This document shows positions 19,623 to 28,065 of a DNA stretch of 64,000 bases, piece after piece. Made by a program: the position numbers and the translations under genes. Each line of letters begins with the position of its first letter. Position 1 is the stretch's first letter. The notes under the pieces were generated by a model. The model saw only the letters and a list, made by a program, of their open reading frames with translations. It searched no databases and had not been told where the DNA came from. This stretch comes from an uncultured Hungatella sp. (GTDB taxonomy: Bacteria; Bacillota; Clostridia; Lachnospirales; Lachnospiraceae): NCBI GenBank assembly GCA_910588505.1, contig CAJUPQ010000001.1, positions 22,137 through 86,136 on the forward strand, read 5' to 3'.

Positions 19623-19647
19623 TTTTGGGACCCTAAAAAGGTATACT
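19619..19647 (+). promoter_or_regulatory. Putative sigma-A promoter for the SPFH operon
   Basis: TTGATT-17 bp-TATACT upstream of RBS GAGGAGG. Confidence 0.45.
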
Positions 19648-19686
19648 TTAAGAAAAGAAAGGCGAAGTTGAGGAGGGATCAACATT

Positions 19687-21000
19687 ATGGGAATAATTAA
19701 AGCAATAGGCGCGGCCATCGGAGGCTCTTTAGCAGATCAGTGGCTGGAGGTCATAGAGGCCGGGGAGATGGGAGATCAGACTGTTTTTACAACCGGGGTG
19801 AAGATCCGAAAAGGCTCTAACACAAAAGGAACTGTGGACACGGTTTCTAATGGCTCCGTGATCCATGTTTACCCGAACCAGTTCATGATGCTGCTGGATG
19901 GGGGCAAAGTGGTGGATTACACGGCGGAGGAAGGGTATTACACAGTTAACAATTCCTCCCTGCCTTCCCTGTTCAACGGGCAGTTTGGGGATACGTTAAA
20001 GGAGTCTTACCAGCGCGTCAAATATGGGGGGAGCACGCCCACAGCTCAGAAGGTATTTTTTATCAACCTTCAGGAGATCAAGGGGATCAAGTTCGGCACC
20101 CGTAACCCGATCAATTATTTCGATTTGTTTTATAACGCGGAGCTCTTTCTGAGGGCTCATGGAACTTATTCTATAAAAGTGACGGATCCACTAAAATTCT
20201 ATGGGGAGGCGATTCCCAAAAACCGTACCAAGGTGGACATCCAGAGTATTAATGAACAGTATTTGAGCGAGTTTTTGGAAGCTCTTCAGTCCTCCATCAA
20301 CCAGATGTCCGCGGACGGCATCCGGATCTCCTTTGTGGCTTCCAAGGGGAGAGAACTGGGCAGGTATATGTCCAATGTCCTGGACGAAGACTGGAAACAG
20401 ATGCGGGGCATGGAGATCCAGTCCGTGGGAATCGCCAGCATTTCCTACGATGAGGAATCCCAGAAGCTGATCAATATGCGCAACCAGGGCGCTATGTTAA
20501 GCGACCCTTCGGTCAGGGAAGGGTATGTCCAGGGCGCTATTGCCAGAGGTATGGAGGCGGCAGGATCCAACGCCAACGGAGCCATGGCCGGTTTTATGGG
20601 TATGGGCGTGGGCATGAATACAGCCGGCGGGTATATGGCAGGGGCGTCTAACATGAACTTTCAGCAGATGCAGATGAACCAGGGAGCCATGGGATACGGC
20701 CAGCAGCCCGGATCTGCGGCGGGAGCGGGGTACGGTCAGCATCCTGGAGCGGGAGGAGGCTACGGTCAGCAGCAGCCGGCAGCGGGAGGCGGAGGTCAGC
20801 AGCCCGGATCTGCAGCAGGGACATCCGGCCAGCCTCAGGCTCCCGCAGGGGCGTGGACCTGCAGTTGCGGAAGTGTAAACACAGGGAAATTCTGCAGTGA
20901 GTGCGGCAGTCCCAGACCAGCTCTGGGGCCGTGGACTTGCAGCTGCGGGACTGTGAACACAGGAAAGTTCTGCAGCGAATGCGGAAAACCCAGACAATAA
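19687..21000 (+). CDS. SPFH/band-7 domain protein (YdjI-like) with Gly/Gln linker and two zinc ribbons
   Basis: LADQWLEVI, RVKYGG, IKFGTRNP, RAHGTYS; two WTCSCGxVNTGKFCSECG repeats. Confidence 0.85.
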   Translation: MGIIKAIGAAIGGSLADQWLEVIEAGEMGDQTVFTTGVKIRKGSNTKGTVDTVSNGSVIHVYPNQFMMLLDGGKVVDYTAEEGYYTVNNSSLPSLFNGQFGDTLKESYQRVKYGGSTPTAQKVFFINLQEIKGIKFGTRNPINYFDLFYNAELFLRAHGTYSIKVTDPLKFYGEAIPKNRTKVDIQSINEQYLSEFLEALQSSINQMSADGIRISFVASKGRELGRYMSNVLDEDWKQMRGMEIQSVGIASISYDEESQKLINMRNQGAMLSDPSVREGYVQGAIARGMEAAGSNANGAMAGFMGMGVGMNTAGGYMAGASNMNFQQMQMNQGAMGYGQQPGSAAGAGYGQHPGAGGGYGQQQPAAGGGGQQPGSAAGTSGQPQAPAGAWTCSCGSVNTGKFCSECGSPRPALGPWTCSCGTVNTGKFCSECGKPRQ

Positions 21001-21018
21001 AGGGCGGAGGCCGGATCA

Positions 21019-22128
21019 ATGGCAACAGTAAGTATAAAGTGTCCTAATTGCGGCGGGGGGCTTCAGTTTGACCCCGCCGCTCAGAATTATGAATGTGAGT
21101 ATTGTCTTTCCAGGTTTACTCAAGAAGAGTTAGAGCAGATCGCGCCGGAAGCAAGGTCCGAATCGGGGACTGAAAAGCCAGGCAGTATTCAAGAGGGGGA
21201 AGCGATTGAAAAAGAAGAGGCTGACAGTGACACAGGCGGACAGGAGGATGGGCAGCAGGCCATGATATACACCTGTCCCAGCTGTGGGGCAGAGATCGTC
21301 ACGGATGATACGACGGCGGCCTCATTTTGCTTTTACTGCCATAATCCGGTGATCCTTCAGGGGCGTCTCGAAGGGAAGTACCATCCGGATTATGTGCTGC
21401 CATTTTCCATTGACAAGGAAAAGGCCACGGAGATCTTTTTGGGATGGCTGAAAAAGAAACGCTTTGTGCCGTCATATTTTTACGCGCCGGAGCAGATCGA
21501 GAAGATGACAGGCGTGTATTTTCCCTATTGGCTATACAGCTGTCAGGTGGACGGAAAACTCGATGGTGAGGGTACCCGGCTTAGAGTGTGGCAGGCGGGC
21601 AATATACAGTATACGGAGACACAGAAATACGATGTGTCCCGGGCGGGAACCATGGACATAGACCATGTACCCCGCAACGCCCTGAAAAAGGCGGACAAAA
21701 AGCTGGTGGAAGGCGTCATGCCTTTTGATACCAGGACCATTAAGCCGTTTTCCATGGGATTTTTGTCCGGATTTTTTGCGGAGAAGCGGGATATGGAGCG
21801 GGAACAGTTTCAGTCGGAAGTAGAGCAGGAAGTCAGAGGTTTTGCCGCGGAAAGTTTAAAAAGCAGTATCGGCAGCTACAACAGCATAAACATCAGGAAT
21901 CATGAGGCCAGGATCCGGGGGCCTAAGTGGGAGTACGCCCTGCTTCCTGTGTGGACTTTGACCTACAGAGAGGCAAAGACCGGGAATATCTACTATTTTG
22001 CCTGCAACGGACAGAGCGGGAAGGTCTGTGGAAAACTTCCGGTGGACAAAAGAAAGCTGTGGATATTCTTTGGGGAGATTTTTGTGCCGCTTTTGGCTGT
22101 GCTCCTGGCAGCGGGGTATATTATATGA
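21019..22128 (+). CDS. TFIIB-type zinc-ribbon protein (YdjG-like)
   Basis: CPNCGG..CEYC and CPSCGA..CFYC; GVYFPYWLY; LLPVW; NGQSGKVCG; C-terminal TM. Confidence 0.8.
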   Translation: MATVSIKCPNCGGGLQFDPAAQNYECEYCLSRFTQEELEQIAPEARSESGTEKPGSIQEGEAIEKEEADSDTGGQEDGQQAMIYTCPSCGAEIVTDDTTAASFCFYCHNPVILQGRLEGKYHPDYVLPFSIDKEKATEIFLGWLKKKRFVPSYFYAPEQIEKMTGVYFPYWLYSCQVDGKLDGEGTRLRVWQAGNIQYTETQKYDVSRAGTMDIDHVPRNALKKADKKLVEGVMPFDTRTIKPFSMGFLSGFFAEKRDMEREQFQSEVEQEVRGFAAESLKSSIGSYNSINIRNHEARIRGPKWEYALLPVWTLTYREAKTGNIYYFACNGQSGKVCGKLPVDKRKLWIFFGEIFVPLLAVLLAAGYII

Positions 22129-23018
22129 AAACAGGGATCAAGAGGAAGGGAAAGAGGATCCTGGTATGGATCCTGGCAGTTGCGTGGTGCCTCGGTCTGG
22201 TCGGGAACGCGTATGGAGAAAGCGATATTGCCATAGAGGCCTTTGACGGAAAAAGGATCTTTGATATGGCCGGGCTTTTGGATAAGGAGTATGTGCAGGA
22301 AGCCAGGGAGGTGATCAACCAGTATCAGGATACCTATCATCTGGATATTGTGGTGGTGACTACGGATGACGCCAAAGGAAAAACAGCAACGGCTTATGCG
22401 GATGATTTTTACGAGGAATGCGGTTTTGGCCAGGGAAAGGGAAAGAACGGGATCCTGTTTCTCATAGATATGGATAACCGGGAATTGGTATTTTCCACTG
22501 ACGGCGCGGCCATCCGGATTTTTACGGACCAGCGGATCGAGTCCATGCTGGACGGCGTATACGAGGGCGCTTCCCGGGAGGATTACAGGGCCAGCGTGGA
22601 GTCGTTTTTGAGGGACGTGGAGCAATACTGCAAAGCCGGTATCCCGGGGAATCAATACAATTATAACACAGAGACCGGGGAGATCAGCGTATACAGAAGC
22701 ATCCGATGGTATGAGGCTCTGCTTGCCATCGGCGTTTCCGCCTTTGTGGCAGGTACGGCCTGCCTGACTGTGAAAAGGCAGTATGGTATGGAGGATGATG
22801 AGCGGCAGGTTCAGAATCTGGCCATGGCTTACCGGGGCTCGGCGCGGTTTATCTATGATGATGAGAGCGACCGGCTTGTGAATAAGTTTGTCACCAGCAG
22901 GGTGATCCCGAGAAATACAGGCGGCGGGGGAAGCGGAGGACATTCCTCTTCAGGGCGCAGTTCTACCCACACGTCGTCAAGCGGGAGGAGCCATGGGGGT
23001 GGGAGCAGGAAGTTTTGA
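22125..23018 (+). CDS. TPM (TLP18.3/Psb32/MOLO-1) domain protein (YdjH-like)
   Basis: IFDMAGLL, YADDFY, GILFLIDMDNRE; TM; Gly/Ser tail HGGGSRKF; ATGA overlap with the upstream gene. Confidence 0.85.
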   Translation: MKTGIKRKGKRILVWILAVAWCLGLVGNAYGESDIAIEAFDGKRIFDMAGLLDKEYVQEAREVINQYQDTYHLDIVVVTTDDAKGKTATAYADDFYEECGFGQGKGKNGILFLIDMDNRELVFSTDGAAIRIFTDQRIESMLDGVYEGASREDYRASVESFLRDVEQYCKAGIPGNQYNYNTETGEISVYRSIRWYEALLAIGVSAFVAGTACLTVKRQYGMEDDERQVQNLAMAYRGSARFIYDDESDRLVNKFVTSRVIPRNTGGGGSGGHSSSGRSSTHTSSSGRSHGGGSRKF

Positions 23019-23023
23019 AAAGG

Positions 23024-23051
23024 TTGCAAAGTTATTGAAATATCGTATAAT
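23024..23051 (+). promoter_or_regulatory. Putative sigma-A promoter of the orphan Dcd-like gene
   Basis: TTGCAA-16 bp-TATAAT; RBS AAGGCGGTG before the ATG at 23095. Confidence 0.5.
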
Positions 23052-23094
23052 ATAGTATAACATATTCTATTAAAAGATAAAAGGCGGTGATTGT

Positions 23095-23895
23095 ATGATA
23101 TTAGTTGATAAAAATATTAATGAGTTGTGTCTGAAAGGAATTTTGATATCAGAAGGCTATATTCCAATGCATACAAATAGTATATCATACGATTTGACGC
23201 TGGGAGAGTTTTTAGACTCAGAAGAGGGAAGTATTGACTTAATTCCAGGTGAGTTTGTGATGATAAAGACAAAAGAAAAATTATCAATTCCTAATAATAT
23301 TACAGGGCGTATAGGAGAAAAAAACTCATTGCTTCGTTTGGGACTGAAGGTTGACGGACCCCAGTATCAGCCAGGACATATTACATACGCGTTTTTGCGG
23401 GTTCAAAATATTTCTAATAGCATAATCAGTATTCAAAAGAATATGCGAATTGCTCAAATTTATTTTGAAGAGCTAAAAGAGGAGCCAGATAGGCCATATA
23501 GTGAACAGCCAGGAGCATCCTATCATAATGAGGACAACTATCGGGGATTTGGGGCTTATGATAGGGAGTATAAGAGCAGTATAAAATCTTTTGAAAAGGT
23601 TAAAGATGATATTGAGAGTCTGTCCCATAGAATTTATGGAAATGTTCTGACATTAATGGGTGTACTGGTAGCGATCTTTTCTATGCTGTCTATTAATTAT
23701 CAGGCTTTCACAAATGCTGACTTAAGCCCTAAATATGTTATTGCTATGAATTTGTCTCTTACATTTTGTATTGCAGTGATGTTAGGAATGGTATTGATAT
23801 TGGTAAATGGGTGGAGAAAGAAATGGTTCTCTTTATTTTATGGAGTAGTAATCTTAGCACTGGGGATCAGTGTCATGATTTTTTGTATAATCTGA
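23095..23895 (+). CDS. dCTP deaminase/dUTPase-fold domain (degenerate active site) fused to a helical linker and 3 TM helices
   Basis: MILVDKNI, SYDLTLG, KNSLLRLGL, QPG, MRIAQIYF and RPY match the Dcd scaffold; hydrophobic C-terminal 85 aa; visibly AT-rich compared with its neighbours. Confidence 0.8.
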   Translation: MILVDKNINELCLKGILISEGYIPMHTNSISYDLTLGEFLDSEEGSIDLIPGEFVMIKTKEKLSIPNNITGRIGEKNSLLRLGLKVDGPQYQPGHITYAFLRVQNISNSIISIQKNMRIAQIYFEELKEEPDRPYSEQPGASYHNEDNYRGFGAYDREYKSSIKSFEKVKDDIESLSHRIYGNVLTLMGVLVAIFSMLSINYQAFTNADLSPKYVIAMNLSLTFCIAVMLGMVLILVNGWRKKWFSLFYGVVILALGISVMIFCII

Positions 23896-23947
23896 TCGGA
23901 TTATGACTTTAGTAGCGCTTTCTATTGATACTATGGTTGCTGTTTAC

Positions 23948-24086
23948 GGGGGCTGAATTTGATATATTGTTTAGTGAGCATGGGGCGGCGGTTGTCGTGA
24001 AGCCAGACAGAGAAGGAGAGATGTCCCTGGCATCACGCCTACCCTCGCCTTTTGCTCACTCAATTATATATCAATTCAGCTCTCCC
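23948..24086. repeat. Long palindromic element, copy 2
   Basis: GCTGAATTTGATATATTGTTTAGTGAGCA...TGCTCACTCAATTATATATCAATTCAGC; shares the core with copies 1 and 3. Confidence 0.85.
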
Positions 24087-24204
24087 ATGAATTCATACCA
24101 TCCTGCCGCCATATTGCCAGCCAGCAGTTTTCTTGCCAATCATCTGGTAAAATCCCATAAAACATGGTATACTTATGCAAAACTGAAAAAACGAGGACAA
24201 GACT

Positions 24205-24915
24205 ATGCAGGCAATACTACTGGCAGGCGGTCTGGGTACCAGGCTTCGCAGCGTGGTAAGCGACCGCCCCAAGCCCATGGCGCTGATACAGGGCAGGCCT
24301 TTCATGGAATATGTGATAAAAGAACTGGCTGGCCAGGCCATTGACCATATTATTTTTGCCGTAGGGTACAAAGGCTCCATGGTGGAAGAATACTTTGGAG
24401 ACGGGAGCGCTTTTGGGGTGCGCGCATCCTACGCTTACGAGGATACGCTGCTGGGCACTGCCGGAGCCATAAAAAACGCGGCCAGGCACATGATAGACCA
24501 GGAAGTTTTCGTGCTGAACGCGGACACGTTCTACAGACTTGATTATTGCCGCCTTACCCGGCAGAAGAAGGAGATGGCTTTGGACATGGCTTTGGTCTTG
24601 AGGGAAGTGGAGGACATATCGAGGTACGGTCAGGCAGTGCTCACCCACGGCAGGCTCACAGGATTTAACGAGAAGACGGACAGCCAGGCCCGGGGAACTA
24701 TCAACGGAGGCGTGTATCTTTTATCGCGGGATCTCATCGACACGATCCCCGAGGGCAAAGTTTCCTTAGAGCAGGAGATGATCCCAAAGTGGCTGTCAGA
24801 GGGAAGGAAGCTGGGCGGCTTTGTCAATGACGGATACTTTATCGACATCGGTATTCCTCAGGATTACTATCGGTTTATGGAAGATGTGGAGAAAGGGGTA
24901 CTGACATGGTCATAA
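24205..24915 (+). CDS. hddC: D-glycero-alpha-D-manno-heptose 1-phosphate guanylyltransferase
   Basis: LAGGLGTRL, PKPMA, LGTAGAI, NADT, FIDIGIP; adjacent to hddA/gmhB/gmhA. Confidence 0.8.
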   Translation: MQAILLAGGLGTRLRSVVSDRPKPMALIQGRPFMEYVIKELAGQAIDHIIFAVGYKGSMVEEYFGDGSAFGVRASYAYEDTLLGTAGAIKNAARHMIDQEVFVLNADTFYRLDYCRLTRQKKEMALDMALVLREVEDISRYGQAVLTHGRLTGFNEKTDSQARGTINGGVYLLSRDLIDTIPEGKVSLEQEMIPKWLSEGRKLGGFVNDGYFIDIGIPQDYYRFMEDVEKGVLTWS

Positions 24916-25985
24916 GAGGGAGAGCGCCGCTGCGGGTCAGCTTTGGCGGCGGCGGAACAGACGTGGCTCCGTTTTGCGAGGAGCAGGGCGGAGCTATTAT
25001 AGGGAGCACGATCAACAAGTACGCCTACTGTTCCATTGTACCCAGGGAAGATGACCAGATCATCGTCCATTCCCTGGACTTTGACATGACTGTAAAATAC
25101 AATGTCAGGGAAAACTATGTCTATGACGGCAGGCTGGATCTGGTGACGGCGGCTTTAAACGCCATGGAGATAAAAAAAGGGTGCGAGGTGTATTTGCAGT
25201 GCGACGCGCCGCCGGGATCAGGACTTGGAACCTCCTCCACAGTTATGGTGGCTCTTCTCACGGCCATGGCCCGTTGGAAGGGCGTGGAACTGGACGGGTA
25301 CGCTATGGCGGATCTGGCCTACAAGGTGGAGAGGGAAGATCTAAAGATAGACGGCGGCTATCAGGACCAGTACGCGTCCACCTTCGGCGGATTTAATTTT
25401 ATTGAATTCCACGGGAGAAATGATGTGGTGGTGAACCCCTTAAGGATAAAAAAAGATATTATCCATGAACTGCAGTACAATCTGCTGCTGTGTTATACGG
25501 GAAAGATCCACGTTTCTGCCAATATTATCAGGGATCAGGTCAGCAATTACAAAAAAAAGGACCCCTTTGAGGCTATGTGCGAGGTGAAAGCCCTGGCTTA
25601 CGCCATGAAAGATGAACTGTTAAAGGGCAATCTTCACAGCTTTGGGAAGCTTCTGGACTATGGATGGCAGAGCAAGAAGCGCATGAGCAGCAAGATCACA
25701 AACCCTCAGATCGATGAACTGTACGAGGAAGCCAAAAAGGCAGGGGCGCTGGGCGGAAAACTTTTGGGCGCCGGCGGTGGCGGATACCTTCTTGTATATT
25801 GCCCTTATAATGTGAGGCATAAAGTGGCGGCACGGATGGAGGCTGTGGGAGGTCAGCTGACAGACTGGAACTTTGAACTGAGGGGAACCCAGGCCTGGAT
25901 TGCGGACGAGAGCCGGTGGACATACGACACGGTTCATGTGCAGATGCCAAACGGAGAGTATCAGTTTGATCTGGAAAGGCTTTAG
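24906..25985 (+). CDS. hddA: D-glycero-alpha-D-manno-heptose 7-phosphate kinase (GHMP family)
   Basis: RAPLRVSFGGGGTD, PPGSGLGTSS, GGYQDQY, GKLLGAGGGG. Confidence 0.9.
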   Translation: MVIRGRAPLRVSFGGGGTDVAPFCEEQGGAIIGSTINKYAYCSIVPREDDQIIVHSLDFDMTVKYNVRENYVYDGRLDLVTAALNAMEIKKGCEVYLQCDAPPGSGLGTSSTVMVALLTAMARWKGVELDGYAMADLAYKVEREDLKIDGGYQDQYASTFGGFNFIEFHGRNDVVVNPLRIKKDIIHELQYNLLLCYTGKIHVSANIIRDQVSNYKKKDPFEAMCEVKALAYAMKDELLKGNLHSFGKLLDYGWQSKKRMSSKITNPQIDELYEEAKKAGALGGKLLGAGGGGYLLVYCPYNVRHKVAARMEAVGGQLTDWNFELRGTQAWIADESRWTYDTVHVQMPNGEYQFDLERL

Positions 25986-25988
25986 ACC

Positions 25989-26576
25989 ATGGAAAAAGCA
26001 GTGTTTTTAGACCGTGACGGGACGATCAATAAGGAGGTTACCTATCTCTACCGGCCAGAGGACCTTATCATTCTGCCTGGCGTTCCTCAGGCGATCAAGA
26101 GCCTTAGGGACCATGGGTTCCGGGTCATAGTGGTGACCAACCAGGCCGGCATCGCAAGGGGATACTATACGGTAGAGCAGATGCACACACTCCACCAGTA
26201 TCTCAATGAGCAGCTAAAAAAAGACGGCGCGTGGATCGACCGGTTTTACTACTGTCCCCACCATCCGGAACACGGGATCGGAGAGTACAAACAGGCGTGC
26301 CGCTGCAGAAAACCCGGCACTGGAATGTTCGAGATGGCCCAGCAGGAGTATAACATTGACAAGAGCCATTCCTACATGATCGGGGACAAGCGCATTGACG
26401 TCCAGGCAGGACACAAGTTCGGAATCTGCAGCATCCTGGTGGGAACGGGATACGGAAGGGAAGAGCGGGAAAAAAGCAGGAGCTTGGGAGAGGAACCATT
26501 TTATGATCTTTACTCGGAAACTCTTATGGGAGCAGCGGAATTTATTATCAGAAAGGAATGTAAAAGGAATGAATGA
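25989..26576 (+). CDS. gmhB: Heptose 1,7-bisphosphate phosphatase (HAD)
   Basis: FLDRDGTIN, VTNQAGIARG, CPHHP...CRCRKP, MIGDK. Confidence 0.92.
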   Translation: MEKAVFLDRDGTINKEVTYLYRPEDLIILPGVPQAIKSLRDHGFRVIVVTNQAGIARGYYTVEQMHTLHQYLNEQLKKDGAWIDRFYYCPHHPEHGIGEYKQACRCRKPGTGMFEMAQQEYNIDKSHSYMIGDKRIDVQAGHKFGICSILVGTGYGREEREKSRSLGEEPFYDLYSETLMGAAEFIIRKECKRNE

Positions 26577-26577
26577 C

Positions 26578-27204
26578 ATGGCTTATTTAGACGAACTGAC
26601 AGACAGATATCCCAGTCTGGAGCCGGTGAAAGAATCTATCAGGGAGTCATACGAGATCTTAAAAGAGTGCTTTTCTTCGGGGCATAAGCTTCTGGTGGCG
26701 GGAAACGGCGGCAGCGCGGCGGACTCGGAGCATATTGTGGGAGAGCTGATGAAGGGCTTTGTAAAACGCCGCCAGGTTCCTGAGGATATGGTCCGTAGGA
26801 TGGAGGAGATCGACAGTCAGGCAGGAAAAGAACTGGCGGCAAAGCTTCAGGGAAGCCTTCCGGCCATTGCCCTTACCGGCCATCCGGGCCTGTCCACAGC
26901 ATTTTTAAACGACGTGGACGGGCTTATGGTGTATGCTCAGCAGGTTTACGGTTACGGGCAGAAGGGGGATGTGTTTTTGGGGATCTCCACTTCCGGCAAC
27001 GCGGCCAATATCCACTATGCCCTGGTGGCGGCCAAAGCAAAAGGCATGAAGGTCATCGGCCTGACAGGAAAGGACGGCGGCAAGCTGGGCAGATGCGCTG
27101 ATGCGGCCATCATTGTTCTGGAGCAGGAGACCTACAAGATCCAGGAGCTGCATCTGCCTATATACCATACCCTGTGTCTGATGCTGGAAGCGTTCTTTTT
27201 TTAA
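26578..27204 (+). CDS. gmhA: Phosphoheptose isomerase (SIS domain)
   Basis: GNGGSAADSEH, GISTSGN, IQELH. Confidence 0.9.
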   Translation: MAYLDELTDRYPSLEPVKESIRESYEILKECFSSGHKLLVAGNGGSAADSEHIVGELMKGFVKRRQVPEDMVRRMEEIDSQAGKELAAKLQGSLPAIALTGHPGLSTAFLNDVDGLMVYAQQVYGYGQKGDVFLGISTSGNAANIHYALVAAKAKGMKVIGLTGKDGGKLGRCADAAIIVLEQETYKIQELHLPIYHTLCLMLEAFFF

Positions 27205-27233
27205 GTTGAAGCAAAGGAAAATGAGGATATACT

Positions 27234-28016
27234 ATGGGATTTCATACATTTGTTATCTGCGCCTACGGCCAGTCGCCTTATCTGGAAGCGTGTATCCGCT
27301 CCTTGAAGGCCCAGACAGTTCCCACAGATATCATCTGCGCCACATCCACCCCGGGACCGTGGCTTGAAGGGATTCTTGAGAAATATCATATCCCTCTCCA
27401 GGTGAGAGAAGGAAAGAGCAATATCCAGGACGACTGGAACTTTGCTGTGGAGAAGGCTGAGGGAACCTTTGTGACCATTGCCCATCAAGATGATCTGTAT
27501 GGCAGGCATTATGTGGAGGAACTCCAAAAGGCTTATAAAAGATGGCCGGACATGACGGTGTTCATGAGCGACGCCATTTTGATAAAGCAGGGAAAGTTAT
27601 GCTGGGGAGGAGCCGTGGAGGCGGTAAAGAAGTTGCTGCGCCTGCCCTGGCGTCTGCCTTTTGTCTGCCATTTGTCCGCCGTAAAAAAGAGCGGGCTTAT
27701 GTTTGGCAATCCGGTTATGTGTCCCTCCTGCAGTTACAGGAAAGAAAAACTTCCCTTGCCCCTGTTTTCTGGCGGTTATGATTTTGTGCTGGACTGGGAA
27801 TGTATGAGAAAGCTGGCGGGGGAGCCGGGACGGTTTGTCTGTGTGGAGAAACCTCTTTTGTACTATCGGGTCCATGACGGAGCGACTACCAAGGCCTGTA
27901 TCCAGGACCACCGGAGAGAGCAGGAAGAGAGGCAGATGTTTGAAAAGATTTGGCCGGGCCGGGTGGCTGCGGGTATTATGGTCCTGTACCGTTTGGCCTA
28001 CAAAAATTACCAGTGA
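27234..28016 (+). CDS. Glycosyltransferase family 2
   Basis: FVICAY, YLEACIRSL, IAHQDD, YYRVH. Confidence 0.85.
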   Translation: MGFHTFVICAYGQSPYLEACIRSLKAQTVPTDIICATSTPGPWLEGILEKYHIPLQVREGKSNIQDDWNFAVEKAEGTFVTIAHQDDLYGRHYVEELQKAYKRWPDMTVFMSDAILIKQGKLCWGGAVEAVKKLLRLPWRLPFVCHLSAVKKSGLMFGNPVMCPSCSYRKEKLPLPLFSGGYDFVLDWECMRKLAGEPGRFVCVEKPLLYYRVHDGATTKACIQDHRREQEERQMFEKIWPGRVAAGIMVLYRLAYKNYQ

Positions 28017-28065
28017 GAACGGACAAGGGCAGGTCCCTTAGGAAAATGTTGGAGGAAATGACTGA

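Noticed and set aside
20690..20995. Possible CRISPR-like or tandem DNA array
   Set aside because: The repeats are in-frame coding repeats of the SPFH protein, with no constant repeat-spacer period and no cas genes.
21993..22943. Long antisense ORFs (also 9211-10008, 31388-32203, 49310-50122)
   Set aside because: They are shadows of well-supported sense genes in GC-rich coding DNA.
23095..23895. Calling this gene a housekeeping dcd
   Set aside because: Catalytic residues appear substituted, it carries TM helices, and its composition is foreign to the region.
23925..24344. 139 aa ORF upstream of and overlapping hddC
   Set aside because: It spans repeat copy 2 and overlaps hddC out of frame, with no motifs.
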